Origin: Eledone cirrhosa
Lineage: Eukaryota
DNA: 64,000 nt
Reading direction: 5' to 3'
Assembly: GCA_964016885.1 (NCBI GenBank)
Contig: OZ024742.1
Span: 256,804,001 to 256,868,000 of the forward strand
Below the pieces are notes generated by a model. That model was not told the origin of the DNA, did not search any database, and saw nothing but the letters and a program-made list of their open reading frames with translations. Of this stretch, positions 1 to 13,506 are shown piece after piece (position 1 is the stretch's first letter; every line of letters begins with the position of its first letter). The position numbers and the translations under genes are program-made.

Positions 1-648
1 TGGTCCACTAAATACCGGATCGTGGCTTTGTTGCCACGACGCGCCTCCGCCACTTGGGCCCATTGAACGGCTTTCGTCCCCTCGTGTCTGAGAGCACGCA
101 CCCCAACTCGGACAACGCAGTCTTCGTGCTTTGTATTGAAGAATTGGTCAAGGGCCAATTTCGCCGCAAGTACGTCGGTAGCGATGCCTTTGCTAAGCGC
201 CTCGTCTAATTTTCTAACTAATTCTCCCTCTGCTCTATTTTTCTCTGTGGCTACAGCTTTACTAAACCTAATGGACTCTATTCTAATTGCGCTTTTCAGA
301 GCAAACCACCACTTGTTGTTGACGATGGCCCCCGTCAACGCCTGCTTAACTAGTTCGCTAATCCGGTCTCTGTAGGCCTTGCGCGCTGGTAAGTACGCGT
401 TTAGCTTCCAGTAGCCGGGTCCTCGTCAATGAAGCCTATCTAAGTCAAGCACACACATCACGAATTTGTGGTCCGTGTAGCTGACTATATAGAATTGTGG
501 ACAGCATATGCTAGACCTATCTATTTCCCTACAAAATACTCTATCTAGATATGATCTGGATGACCCTATGCGATTAGTCTAAGTCCACATTGGCACATCC
601 GGGAAATCCAATCGGTACCTGTCAGACAGTTCAAAACCTGTCAGAGGT
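1..648 (-). mobile_element. L1/Tx1-clade non-LTR retrotransposon fragment (end of APE endonuclease plus linker of ORF2), degenerate
   Basis: Minus-strand translation gives SRSYLDRVF...SYTDHKFV...RGPGYWKLN, the APE motifs (R-x-D, S/T-D-H) followed by the GPGYWKLN signature. It contains stops and runs off the window start. Confidence 0.75.
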
Positions 649-733
649 TTACGCTAGCAGTAAACCTCTTCAAATGAAGTCGATGTTTATTACGGTAGGT
701 CGAATATATTTATCTATAAAACTGTTTACATTG

Positions 734-799
734 TATTTTGTCTGATGAAGGCATAGCATATTGTTAATATGATATCCCCGAAATATATATAATGAAATA
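734..799 (+). ncRNA. Type I minimal hammerhead ribozyme (PLE pLTR-type)
   Basis: tattttgt CTGATGA [aggcatagcatatt-gtt-aatatgatatcccc] GAAA tatata TA atgaaata. Stem I is 8 bp with G-U pairs, stem III is palindromic, and the base of stem II is mismatched. A related copy lies at 51347-51412. Confidence 0.65.
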
Positions 800-927
800 A
801 ATATGGTTTTATAAATATAGTTTTCCATTTATTTAATATTGTAAATATACTCCAAATATTTGTCGAGTGCTTTTATATCAGTTATAAATATTTACTAGTT
901 GTAACCCAACAATTTTAAATATAACTT

Positions 928-989
<62 letters not shown>

Positions 990-1077
990 GTAGGAGGTAA
1001 GTTTTATTGTAGAACAATAAACCAATGTAAATATCGGATAAGTAGCACTGAACAGTACACCTGTTTGTGTGTGAGTG

Positions 1078-1147
<70 letters not shown>

Positions 1148-2479
1148 ATATCCCCTTCCTTCCTTTTATACATACAAAAAATCACACAAACACACACGGA
1201 TATTGTGTGACAGAGGATGGACAGAAGTTGGTCAAATTCATATACATGTGAATCGAGTTCCACTGAAGCAGTTAGAGAAGTTCAAGTGATGCAGTAATGC
1301 GCCAGCTTCAGCATTCAGTAGTCAAATGGGAGGTAGGTGTAATAGCCAAACTCTCTGTCTTCCTAGTATTGCTACCGACCCGTAACTAGGGTCATGAATC
1401 TTCGGTAATGACCGAAAGAATACGATTTCAGATACAAGTGGCCGACATGGGGTTCCTCCGATGCGCATTTAGATTATTGTTACACGATAAAGTGCATATC
1501 TTAGAGATGAGAGAGTCACTGCAGATAGAGCCAATACTTCTCCGCATTGAGAGATTAACAGCACCTATGCTATGGGCATGGGGTTAGAATGTCCCAGGAA
1601 ACATCCGCTGAACAAATTTTAGAGGCAACACCAACCGGCAGGAGACTCAGACTTAGACCCTGACCAAGATAATTGTATAATATCCATGAGCTTGTCTGGT
1701 CACGGTTTGGGAACCAGATGGATTAGTTAGAGAAGTTTGCTTCTGACAGAATCGCTGGAAGAAGTATTTGAGGAGGACTCTGCCTCCACGACCCTCTAAG
1801 AAATAAATAGGCGAAGAAGAAGATATTATCAATTTAATTTTCAATTTCCTTATCATAACTATATGCATATTTTGGTATAATACCAATATGCACATTATAT
1901 GGTGGCAGAAAACTACTCGAAGGGTGGTTCTTTTGCTTGTGTAAATAAATATTACAGAAGCCGATACACAATAATCATTAGTAAGAGATAAATAAAAATA
2001 TTATCATCTAAACACATAATAATATAATAAGAAAGACATGATCGCATCGTCTACACACAGGTGCAACACACACACACTAATACATATATATATATATGAT
2101 TATCAGCGAAATCATTTAATTATAATATAACGTTTATAACATTCACTATAGTTGGGCTAATCACAAGAATCACACCTACAAAGGTAGTCATATATTTATC
2201 TACATAGGTGACAGGATACTGTGCAAATTAATCATATATATATATGTGTATGTAACGTTCGTGTTTATGGCGTTTTGTTTGGAATTATTTTGTAATATTT
2301 CATTCTGCAATATTTCAAAATCTTTCCAAAGACGGATTTATAAATAATTGCTGTAGGTTCTGTTATGTTAGATCAATATAAATTATATGAAATATCTCCG
2401 TTTCGTTCTTCTGATTAACATACATTGTAGAGCTCACGCAGAAAATACATTCACATACATGAATTCATATATATATAGA

Positions 2480-2537
<58 letters not shown>

Positions 2538-2757
2538 TAATAAAAATAATGAATAAAAACAAAGAAACAGTTCCTTATATTAAATAATTCATCATTTTAC
2601 GATCGCTTCTAGGATATATATGTGTGTGTTGGTATGTATATTATATAGATCTATGTAAAATTTTTACAAACTATCAGAGGGAATATACATACCTACATAT
2701 ATATATGCTGTCTTCAGAAATAATTGGACACTACCGTACATTTTGGTAGATTTATCT

Positions 2758-2844
<87 letters not shown>

Positions 2845-3155
2845 GAGAAAAGACGAAGTTGGAAATGTAAATAGCACGGGAGATATATTTAAGGGTCCGT
2901 TTTTACATTGTGTTTAGTCAAAGCGATATTATCAAAATTCCTCATTAATTAAACCCAAGACAGGTAAAAACTCCAGGGTCTTTCAGTCGTACATAAAACA
3001 AATTAATTTGTTTCATGTCCGAGTGAAAGATTCTGGAGCTTGTACCTGTCTTGGGTTTAATTAATGAGAAATGTTAATGTTGCTTTGACGTATCAAAAAG
3101 GAAAAACGGACCCTTAAATATAACTCCCGTGTTATTTCCAACTTCATCTTTTCTC
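2845..3155. repeat. Imperfect fold-back palindrome, arms ~150 bp
   Basis: Centre is aaacaaattaatttgttt (~3003). Arms include ctcattaattaaacccaagacaggta / tacctgtcttgggtttaattaatgag and atatttaagggtccgttttt / aaaaacggacccttaaatat. Confidence 0.85.
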
Positions 3156-5307
3156 TATATCCACTGATTTCCTTAGAATCTAATATATATATATATGTAT
3201 ATATATATATTCTGTGTGTGTGTGTGTGTGGGGGGGGGGGGGGCGTGTGACTGCGTGATCGTGTACGCATACACACTTATGTATATATAACAATAACTGT
3301 CCCCATTATTCGTCAATATTATTCCTCTTATGTTTAATGTTATTGTAATTATCAATCTAATCAGTGGAGATGAATGTTTATTTGAAACTTTCATCAACGT
3401 GTGTTTTACTCTGGGTCATAAAGTAACATTTGCACTTAAAACAATTGCTTTAGAAATCGGTCAGCTATTAATAATCGATTATATATTGCACTTGTCCAAA
3501 TTATCATTCGACTGAATTTTGTCGTAAATTTTGAATGAAGTTTATCTAGATCCCCGCAATAAGCTCACTGAAAAAAATTGTCTTAATACAAATATTATTT
3601 GAATTTATTATATTCATCGGGAAGGCGACACATTTTTTAATTCGTTAGAGAATCTCATTAAAAATATAACGCGATTCTTCCAGTTCACTGCACTCTGAGT
3701 ATGAAACTGGCGGGGATAAGTAACCATTCCCTCAAAGTTTATTTGTAAAATACCTGTCTAGTATGTGTGTTAATTCATTCTCATTGTCACATTCAAACTC
3801 TACTCCATCCCTCAAGCTCGCTCTTTATCTCTCTCTCATACACACAGCCTTTTTCACTTCCAATTACACACTCATCTATGTATATTCACACACCACCAAG
3901 ATACATACACACATACATAATAACCCCGCACCTACGCGCACTTTCCAGCCATATACATAAATACACTCCTCACACAATTGTTTTTAATGTTGACAAAAGG
4001 CCAGCAATTTTAGTGAAAGGAAAAGTGGATTAAATTGAGCAAAGTGCTTGACTTTCACTTTATTTTATCTACACCGGAAGGTTGAAATGTAAAGTACACC
4101 TAGGCAGCATGTATACGAAGAGAGCAAAAACAAATATTGCTAATTATTAGTCCGACACTCTAAAGCAGGTTTTCTCAGTCAGGATGATCCTGCCCAAAGT
4201 TGAGCGATTTAAACTGTTTGGTGGGTGATGAGCACCTGAACAGAAAATGTTAAGCAATTGAAATTGTTGATGTAAGATCACACATGGAATTGACAGAGGC
4301 GATGCCTTCGCATAACATTGAAGACATGCCGTAGACAAAGAGATGAAAATGACAATGCCAGATATAATATGAGATGGAGCCAGTTCACAACTCAATGCGC
4401 AATCTCATACAAACAGACAGCTATTTGAAGTTGGTGGACTTTATTGATCACAAATTGAGTGCAATTATTGAAAACAGTATTAGAAGAAAGATGTGTCTAT
4501 TGTACTTATTATTTTCTCTTTGTTCTGTAGCATTTTTAAACACCCCAATTGTCTCAATTTAAGAAAATATGCTATAAATACAGATTTGTTTTTATTTCAT
4601 ATTATGCGTTTCTCACTTCTTATCAAATCAGTCAATTAACTATGTGATTTATGTGCAAACGAAACATTAAGTAATGAAGCCACGAAGCCTTTACACATAA
4701 CGTATCATATATATACTAAGCATGCTGAAATGAAGACAAAGTGTTGTTATATTTCTTACAACTTCAATACTTATTCAAAAATTGTGACTTGTTAATCTCG
4801 GAATTTCAGAAAGAAACTACGCAGCAATGTAACGGGAAAATTGCGCCGTGCAACAATGCATTACATGTCAGAAAATCCAGTAAGTCCCACACTACAGGAG
4901 AAAAATTATATAGACTTGTTTTTGAAGTAGTTCTCTCGAATTCATTGCATAAAATTCCTGACACAATTATGAAAACAAGGCTACTTAGTTATAACACAAG
5001 CTAAATTATATGCATTTTGATTACATTTGATAATATATAGATTAAAACAGTCAAATTTACTTTCACATTATCTTTACGATAGCAGAAGCAGCCAAAAAAA
5101 TCAGCGATATTTGTTACCTGACTTTGGTAATGGTTTTTTACTGCATTATAAAAAGTATTTTTACGAATCCGTAACAAACATCTACGAAGCATTTTTGGTA
5201 CACATTTGTATATTTACTATATAGATGAACAGTGAGATCTTTTTTCAGTATGAAAGAGGGTGATCATGCAAAATATTTAGAGATACACATAAATCTCTCT
5301 CTCCCCC

Positions 5308-5376
<69 letters not shown>

Positions 5377-5450
5377 TTCTCTCTGTTTCTCTCTCTCTCT
5401 ATATATATATATTTATTTATTCATATATAATATATATATATACATGTATG

Positions 5451-5496
<46 letters not shown>

Positions 5497-5579
5497 TATA
5501 ACGAAGGAAATATGGTAAGGAACCAGGTAGACCAAAACGCACCAAAGTACTAAATAATTAGGGTAGTAGAGTGGGTAAT

Positions 5580-8230
5580 AGGGACGAGTAGGATCCCGAC
5601 GGTTGAGCTCAAGCCGTTTCGACGGCTAATTCTGGACTAAATGAAAATGTTTATCCTGGTATATGAATAGCCGAGCTTCTCAGAGGGTAATTCCATATAT
5701 GGTAAAAGTGATTGTCACAAGGATTGGTCAAACGTTTGTTGTTGAGACATAATAATTATATCATGGCAATTTGTGGAGGGACGGGGTAGCTGAACCTGCC
5801 AGTAGAAGAAAGAGGGAGAGGGGGTGGAGGAAACATAGTCGTGCGTTGATAGTGCCAACTACAGCTGGGCAGGAGGTCAAAGAAGATACTAGGGAGGGGG
5901 AGGGGGAGGAAGTCGAAACAATAAGTAAGACAATATGGGGTAAATATATAGAAAAAAACCGAGTCTTCAATTAAATGTAAAAAAAAAACATTTCTGGTTA
6001 CTATAACATAAGGACAGCTATCAAGTCTCTCACTGGTACTGCTAGACTAAAGAAAGGTTTACTAGGTGCGACAGAATTATAATGAGACCTTTTTAAGAGG
6101 TATAAGTAAACAACCGAATATATCTTACGTGGGGGGGGGGGGGGGCAAAATACTAAAGAAACTACCACTAAATAATAATTCAGAGTCCCGAGACCAGTAC
6201 GAAATAAAGGTTTCTACCCCAGGCACAAGGCCAGCAACCACCCAGTGCAAAAAATACGAACTAATACGAAATAATAATTCGGAATCCCGAAAAAGAATAC
6301 TAATACTATCTCTAAGGGTGCCGCCACGATACAAACATTCTAGTGCGAACTACATGAATGCTCGTACGAAGTATATGTAAAATTTGATACGGAAAATTAA
6401 TTAAGAATCTCCCCCCCCCCCCCCCCCAAAAAAAAAATACTGATATACGAGAAATTAAATCAAAGATGACACTAAGAAATATAGAAAGCACGGAAAAGGG
6501 GCAGCCATCGGATAAGAAGGCAAGTATCCGGGGTCTAACACATCTGCTATAAAAAGCATAGTCGGCCAAATCTATCATAGAATAGGGGAAAGGGGTGTGG
6601 GTACTGAGGCTACAAAGGACCGAGGGGCTGCCTCGGGTGGGCGAGAAGGGAAAAGGACGACGACAAAGAAAGAGGACTGGGGTGGAAGGACTAGGGAGGG
6701 ATGGGGGAAGAAGAAAATATTGAGGAAGCGATAAAAAGACATAAAAGAAGATCTTACGTCTACCTTTGCAAGCAGGGGTTACCCATTACAAAATCGGCAA
6801 GTGGGGTGTTATAGCCATGGTCTACTACCCCCCCCCCCCCCCCGGGTCATTATGGGGTTTGAGGGCGAGGTAAGTCCTACGAAATCTGTGTTTACATGCA
6901 GTTACTAGTTCGTCGTTCTTGTTTAGGAGTTGGTCCGTCGAAAACAGCATTTGTAAAGTTTCCTCCGAGCATAAATTGAACGGACGGCGTCCTCCCGTGT
7001 AAGAGTTGGCTCTGGACAGTAAGCTCCAAGTTAGGTCATAGGTAATATTGTTATCCTTGAGGTCCCATATGTGGCCCGAAAGTGTAGTGGCGTGACGTCG
7101 GGCCGGGTTTCGGAAGGTATGTCTGTGTTGGTATAGCCGGGTGTTGAAGTCACATGCGGTTAATCCTAAATAAGCTTTGTTGGAGGTGTCCGTCCTCACG
7201 TTGCACTGGTAGATCACATTACGATCTCTGCATCTGTTGTCGAGGGGGAAAATGGATCCATCCGGACAGTTGCACCTCCTGGTCGGCTCTCCACTGCTAT
7301 TTAGCTTATTTCTTCCATAGGGGTTGAGTTTTTTGTTGTTAGAGGAGACGGTGTTTTGTGCAAAGTTTGGTGTAGTGCTCTAGGAGAGTTTGATGGTATT
7401 TTTGTTAATTATGTTGTGGTAGCGGTGTTGTAGTGGGAAGTGTTTTTCAATGAGCCTAAAGAAGATTTTCCCGATAGGAGTTGTCACCTCGGCGTTGTGG
7501 GGAGGATTGAACCATGTTACGTTGCGTGAGCGGCGATGTCGCTTGCTGGTTCCGCTAATGGAAGTTGGACAGTAGGATATTTCCTCCCGGAAACCACTCC
7601 GCTTGAGGGCCTGGTTGTAATATGGCGCATGTTCCTCGAATATCTGCTCATTAGCTGACAAACGAGATATGCGGAGGAAGATGTTTTTAACCACGTTATT
7701 GGTGATGTTCCTAGGATGGTTTGACCGGCGGTGGATGTAGTGCAGGTTGTCGTTGGGTTTCCTGTATGGGTAGTACAGATCATTATCGAGGTCAAGTGTA
7801 ACGTCCAGGAAGTTTACTCGGGTCAGGGACGTTTGTAGAGTTATTTTAAATCCCCAGTCGCGGAAGAAGCTGATTAATTGTTTACGGACCCGATTTGTAC
7901 TACTGGGGTTGTACCCATTAAGGGTAAGGAGCCCATCATCACGGTACACTCCACCGCCGAATGCAGAAACATATCGGTGAGTTTGGCTATTAGGAATAAT
8001 CCTATAAGATCTGTGTCCTCAGCCGAAACCGTCGCACCCATGCTGACGTCGAAGGGTGAGTCGGGAGTTCTCTTTATCCATTTGGAGTTGTCGAAGAGTA
8101 AGACTGTCTTCCTGGCGTGGAGGATGATGTTTCTTTCCTGGTCGGTGATGGGCACAAGTGTATCAGTGAAGTCCAAGGCAGCCGTAAGTAGCGGTAAGGT
8201 AATTGAAGCATAGTAACTCTCTATGTCAAA
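5580..8230 (-). mobile_element. Penelope-like element (Naiad-type, family A), 5'-truncated: RT, GIY-YIG and ~1.2 kb 3' tail
   Basis: ORFs 7874-8176, 7380-7949 and 6825-7217 contain FDIESYYAS, FDVSMG, YRDDGL, NFLDVTLDL, YRKPN..YIH..SNHP, WFNPP, RRCNCPD, IYQC..AYLGLT..F..R..H and LLNK.DELVTACKH. The frame is shifted. Confidence 0.93.
5593..5688 (-). ncRNA. Hammerhead-like motif at the 3' end of PLE family A (core CTGAGAA)
   Basis: accct CTGAGAA gctcggctattc...gaattagccgtc GAAA cggcttgagctcaaccg TC gggat. Position 8 is A rather than G. Confidence 0.6.
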
Positions 8231-8239
8231 CCACCGCTA

Positions 8240-9641
8240 TAGGATTAACCGCATGTGACTTCAAGACCCGGCTATACCAACACAGACATACCTTCTGAAA
8301 CCCAGCCCGGCGTCACGCCACTACACTTTCGGGCCACATATGGGACCTCAAGGATAACAATATTACCTATGATTTCCCTTGGAGCTTACTATCCAGAGCC
8401 AACTCATATACGGGAGGACGCCGTCCGTGCAATTTATGCTCGGAGGAAACTTTACAAATGCTGTTTTCGACGGACCAACTCCTAAACAAGAAAGACGAAC
8501 TGGTAACTGCATGTAAACACAGATTTCGTAGGACTTACCTCGCCCTCAAACCCCATAATGACCCGGGGGGGGGGGGGGTAGTAGACCATGGCTATAACAC
8601 CCCACTTGCCGATTTTGTAATGGGTAACCCCTGCTTGCAAAGGTAGACGTAAGATCTTCTTTTATGTCTTTTTATCGCTTCCTCAATATTTTCTTCTTCC
8701 CCCATCCCTCCCTAGTCCTTCCACCCCAGTCCTCTTTCTTTGTCGTCGTCCTTTTCCCTTCTCGCCCACCCGAGGCAGCCCCTCGGTCCTTTGTAGCCTC
8801 AGTACCCACACCCCTTTCCCCTATTCTATGATAGATTTGGCCGACTATGCTTTTTATAGCAGATGTGTTAGACCCCGGATACTTGCCTTCTTATCCGATG
8901 GCTATTAGTATTCTTTTTCGGGATTCCGAATTATTATTTCGTATTAGTTTATTTTTGTTGCACTGGGTGGTTGCTGGCCTTGTGCCTAGGGTAGAAACCT
9001 TTATTTCGTACTGGTCTCGGGACTCTGAATTATTATTTAGTGGTAGTTTCTTTAGTCTTTTGACCCCCACTTGCTGACCCGTCACCATAAGATATATTCG
9101 GTTGTTTACTTATACCCCTTAAAAGGGTCTCATTGTAATTCCGTCCCACCTAGTAAACCTTTCTTTAGTCTAGCAGTACCAGAGAGAGACTTGATAGCTG
9201 TCCTTAGGTTATAGTAACCAGAAATTGTTTTTTTTTACATTTAATTGTTTTTTAAGCCTCGGTTATTTTCTATATATTTACCCCATATTGTCTTACTTAT
9301 TGTTTCGACTTCGTCCCCCACCACCTCCCTAATATCTTATTTGACCTCCTGCCCAGCTGTAGTTGGCACTATCAATAGCACGACTGTGTTTCGTCCACCC
9401 CCTCTGCCTCTTTCTTCTACTGGCCGGTTCAGCTACCCCTTCTCTCCACAAATTGCCATGATAGTATTATTATGTCTCAACAACAAACGTTTGACCAATC
9501 CTTGTGACAATCAATTTTACCATATATGGAATTACCCCCTGAGAAGCTCGGCTATTCATATACCAGGATAAACATTTTCATTTAGTCCAGAATTAGCCGT
9601 CGAAACGGCTTGAGCTCAACCGTCGGTGTCCTACTCGTCCC
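8240..9641 (+). mobile_element. Inverted 3' segment (GIY-YIG C-terminus plus tail) of PLE family A, joined to the 5' truncation point
   Basis: Reverse complement of ~5580-7170 with an internal deletion. ORF 8458 reads MLFSTDQLLNKKDELVTACKHRF, matching the end of ORF 6825-7217. Confidence 0.93.
9534..9629 (+). ncRNA. Hammerhead-like motif, inverted copy of 5593-5688
   Basis: acccc CTGAGAA gctcggctattc...gaattagccgtc GAAA cggcttgagctcaaccg TC ggtgt. Confidence 0.55.
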
Positions 9642-9882
9642 TATATATATATATACGGGATAACAGATTATCGTTATAGGTTGTCCACTTAGGTGTAGTC
9701 CAGTTACGGTACTCCGAGTAGTCGATGTTATCAACGCTTGGCTAATTTTTACTCAACAGGGCGTTTCCATAGTGATGTTGGGAGTACGCGGTCATTTCTA
9801 TGTTGTTTACACTTGGAGTAATGATAAATCAAGAAAGAAGAGTGACACGGTTTGCTATACAAAAAGGGGTTCTCTCTTGATG

Positions 9883-9934
<52 letters not shown>

Positions 9935-9937
<3 letters not shown>

Positions 9938-10192
9938 ATAATAATAACTTTGAAGACTAAAATCCAAAGAGGGCTCGATAAGGATAAATATATTTGAAAT
10001 ATATAAGAACCGCAGAGCAAATATTTATTAAATAACAGATTAAAGTTTAAGCAAAGAATCGCTGATTTCACCCTTAACGGGATCTTCTGAAACTAACAAA
10101 GTCAATCTGTAAACGCAGAAGTGGATATTTCAAAAAACGTTGCAACCGGAGGAAGACAGGAAGACGATACTTTGGTTCGTGGAAACGTTCCC
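9935..10192 (+). repeat. Dispersed non-coding repeat family, fold-back prone and unclassified
   Basis: gaagactaaaatccaaagagggctcgataaggataaa...aagcaaagaatcgctg...gttgcaaccggaggaagacagg recurs at ~43670-44180 (-), 47435-48260, 53025-53150, 53500-53780 and 58245-58450. Confidence 0.85.
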
Positions 10193-10559
10193 TTCACAAA
10201 ACATACATGTAATATATACTTAACTATGCAAATATGTAATGGTATAAACATAACTTATACTTAGCTACCACATCAAGACGTAAAATATGCACGTATAGAT
10301 CGTACTATCCGTTAGGGTATAATGTGTGACTGTAATATAGGAAGGTTTTGTGCAATTTATGTTTACAAGCCGAAATTGCCTCAGATTTTTTGTTTAAGAA
10401 GTGGTCTGTGGCGTAGAGCATTTCCAGGGCCTCAGCGGCGCAGAGGTCGGATGGTCTTTTATTTCCGTTATACGATCTAGCCCTAGACAGGATCTCCCAG
10501 TGTAACTTATATTGGGTGTGGTTGATTTTAGATTCCAGATATAAACTGAAAGTAACGTC
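10193..10559 (-). mobile_element. Inverted 3' segment of PLE family B (GIY-YIG C-terminus plus start of 3' UTR)
   Basis: ORF 10305-10589 reads HTQYKLHWEILSRARSYNGNKRP.DLC..EALE.LY..LNK.SEAISACKH, homologous to 12129-12488 and 42793-43089. Confidence 0.9.
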
Positions 10560-12487
10560 TGGGTGTAAAATCACCTCTGATCTCAACATGCTGGACCGGA
10601 CTGAAACTCTTGTCCCTTTTTCTCCCCACTTTACCCTGAAGGATCACAAATCCTATTTCCCGAACAACCCCTCTATTCGGCTTATTAACCCTACGAAGTC
10701 TGATTTAGGTAGATTTAGTAAAAGGATTTTTGATAAGAATTATACCTGAAATTAGAAGTTTGGCCTCTCTTGCACTGTTGAACATTTCTTTCTCGGTTAT
10801 TGATTGGTTCAACGGCATATGCAACAAGGAACATTGCCGTTTTCTCCAATTCGACATCAACAATTACTACTCCTTCATCACTTCACGACTTCTTAGAGCT
10901 ATCAATTTCGCTAAAATTATCATAGTTAAAGTTTTCGAAGTTGATGTCATCCTCAATGCCTGTAATTCGGTGATTAATATCAACGACTCTATTTGGATTA
11001 AACATTCTAATAGTACCCCATTCGACGTGAGTATGGGCGTCAGCAATTCTGCGGAGGTTACTGATCTTCTCGGCCTTTTCCTTGTTTTCTCTATCAAGGA
11101 CGAATTCCCCAACGTGGGTGGTGGTTTGTACTGTGATGACGGTCTTTTGACCATGACTAAGTCCGGCCCACGTGCTTGCGACACGTTCAGAAAAGAACTC
11201 ACAGCCTTCTTTAAAGGCTTCAATTTCTTCATACAGATTGAGGCAAACCTCTCGGTCGTTAATTACCTCGACGTTACCCTCAATTTGTCGAATGGCTTAC
11301 ACTACACGTATAGAAAGCCGAATGATACGCTTAATTATATAAGTAAGCATTCTAACCATCCTGCCAGCATAACCAAGAAACTGGTAAGAAACGTTTCTTT
11401 GAGGCTTTCCCGTCTATCTACAAACGAGCATATTTTCAACGACCATTCCACATATTACAATGAAGCTCTTGCTCGGAGTGGATTTGTCGATAAGGTAGCA
11501 TATACAGAGTACGAGAATAGACTTAGGAAAAACAGATCCCGACGCATTATATGGTATAACCCAAGTCGGTGGATTGGCAGTATCGGTAGAGGGTCGGACG
11601 CCATGCTTTCCAGCATAGTTACGTCCCTTTACGATCTGGGTTCAAATCCCGCCGTGGTTGACTTTGCCTTTCATCCTTACGGGGTCAATACAATAAAGTG
11701 CCAGTAATGCATTGGGTAATTGCTGGCCTTGTGACTAAAGTAGAAACAATTATATGGTATAACCCACCATATAATATGGATGTGGCCACACCATTAGCTA
11801 ATATCTTTCTCTCCCTTGTTAAGAAGCATTTCCCCCAGCACATAAATATATTAACATTTTTAATAGAAATACCATTAACATTTCTTACTCTACGACTCCC
11901 AACCTTGTGCATAACATCGCAGCTTCAAATTTAGCTAAATTACCTAGCCGTAGGAACACGTGCAACCGTGTAGCTAGTACTAACTGTAATTGAAGGAATC
12001 GGGTTGACTGCCCCCTATCCGGGAAATGCATCTCTAGTAACATTGTCTACAAATGTAAAGTTGAAACACCCTCGTCCCGCAGGGCCTACTTAGGGTAAAC
12101 CGCAAATAGATTCAAGCAGCGTCTTTACATGCATACCCATTCTCTTCTTAACCCTTTAAGAATGAATATGACATCACTTTCAGCTTATATCTGGAGCCTA
12201 AAAGACAACCACACCCAATATAATTTACACTGGGGGGTCCTAGCTAAGGCTAGAACGTATAACGGAAATAATAGACCATGTGACCTCTGTGCCGCTGTGG
12301 CCCTGGAAATACTCTACGGCAAAGACCACATCTTAAACAAAACATCTGAGGCAATTTCGTCTTGTAATCATAAATTGCACAAAACTTTCCTGTATTACAG
12401 CTCCACATTATACCCTAACGGATATTACGAACTATACGCGGATATTTTACGTCTTGATGTGGTAGCTGAGTATATGTTATGTTTATA
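10560..12487 (+). mobile_element. Penelope-like element (Naiad-type, family B), 5'-truncated and degenerate, with a SINE insertion
   Basis: TLKDHK..F..NP..RLINPTKSDLG, FLQFDINNYY, FDVSMG, GGLYCDDGL, VNYLDVTLNL, YRKPND...SNHP, WYNPPY, NCN*RNRVDCPLSGKC, IVYKC and RPCDLC. Confidence 0.93.
11565..11748 (+). mobile_element. tRNA-derived SINE (resembles the octopus OK family), inserted in a PLE with an 18-bp target-site duplication
   Basis: A-box-like tggcagtatcgg, B-box gttcaaatcc and the domain gcctttcatccttacggggtc. The direct repeat attatatggtataaccca occurs at 11546-11563 and 11749-11766. Confidence 0.9.
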
Positions 12488-12808
12488 AATTTCAAAGATT
12501 TGACTGAAATGACTGTGAAGGAAAGAGTGACTCGTATAGCAACAAAAATATAAGTATCTCCGTTGGTTTGTGAGCACTGTCAGCGTAAGTGGCCTGTAGA
12601 ATGAAGAGGGAAAGAAAGAAGGGCAGCAATGAGAAGGAGCGAAAGAAAGGAGAGAGATAGTAAGAAGGAAGGAAGAGACAGCTGATGAGTGAATTTAAAT
12701 GGTTGTGATCTCTTGTCACCCATTTTATTTCTTCCTTCATATCAATACTTCGAGCCGCTGATTTCCATCCTTCGATATTCTAGTTAATGTTTTTTACACA
12801 CACACACA

Positions 12809-12875
<67 letters not shown>

Positions 12876-13418
12876 TCCAGTCAACATAGATCAGAATAAA
12901 TGCAAACAACAGCTGGCACCAAGTCAATGAGCAAGTTCACTGACTATAATAAAACCACGGTAATTTCGGGACTGATGCGTCTCCGTGTTTGAGTCGAATT
13001 TGAAAATTATATTCGTATAGCTGTGTTTGGTTTGATTTTAATCTATGCTGCTCTCGTGGGCTAAATGAGAAACAGTTATTTACCAATTACGCATTCACGA
13101 ACGGCAAACAATCAAATAGTTTTTTTGCGTTTCACTAAATATTTTGTTATGCTATAATTGCAATGAGAAAAGATGAAGTAAAAATAAATATTTTTCGACG
13201 AAATAAAATATATTTATTAGACATTTTATTCCGTATATAGATATTCAAGATAAATATTTAATTAATGGAAATTTACAAACAATGTTTTGAAATTACGAAT
13301 GAAGACAACAACAAGAATTGTCATTTAAATTGAATGTAATTCCTATAAAGGGTAAGAAGCTTTGGAATTTGAATATCTTCACTTTATTAATTATTTAAAG
13401 AAAAAAAAAAGAGAAAAT

Positions 13419-13506
<88 letters not shown>

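Noticed and set aside
4147-4500. Mariner remnant on the minus strand (HPPNS, cf. HPPYSPD)
   Set aside because: There is only one weak motif and no other collinear transposase signature.
12090-12100. In-frame TAA in the GIY-YIG region of the first family B copy as a recoding site
   Set aside because: The other copy has TTA (Leu) at this position, so it is a private decay mutation.
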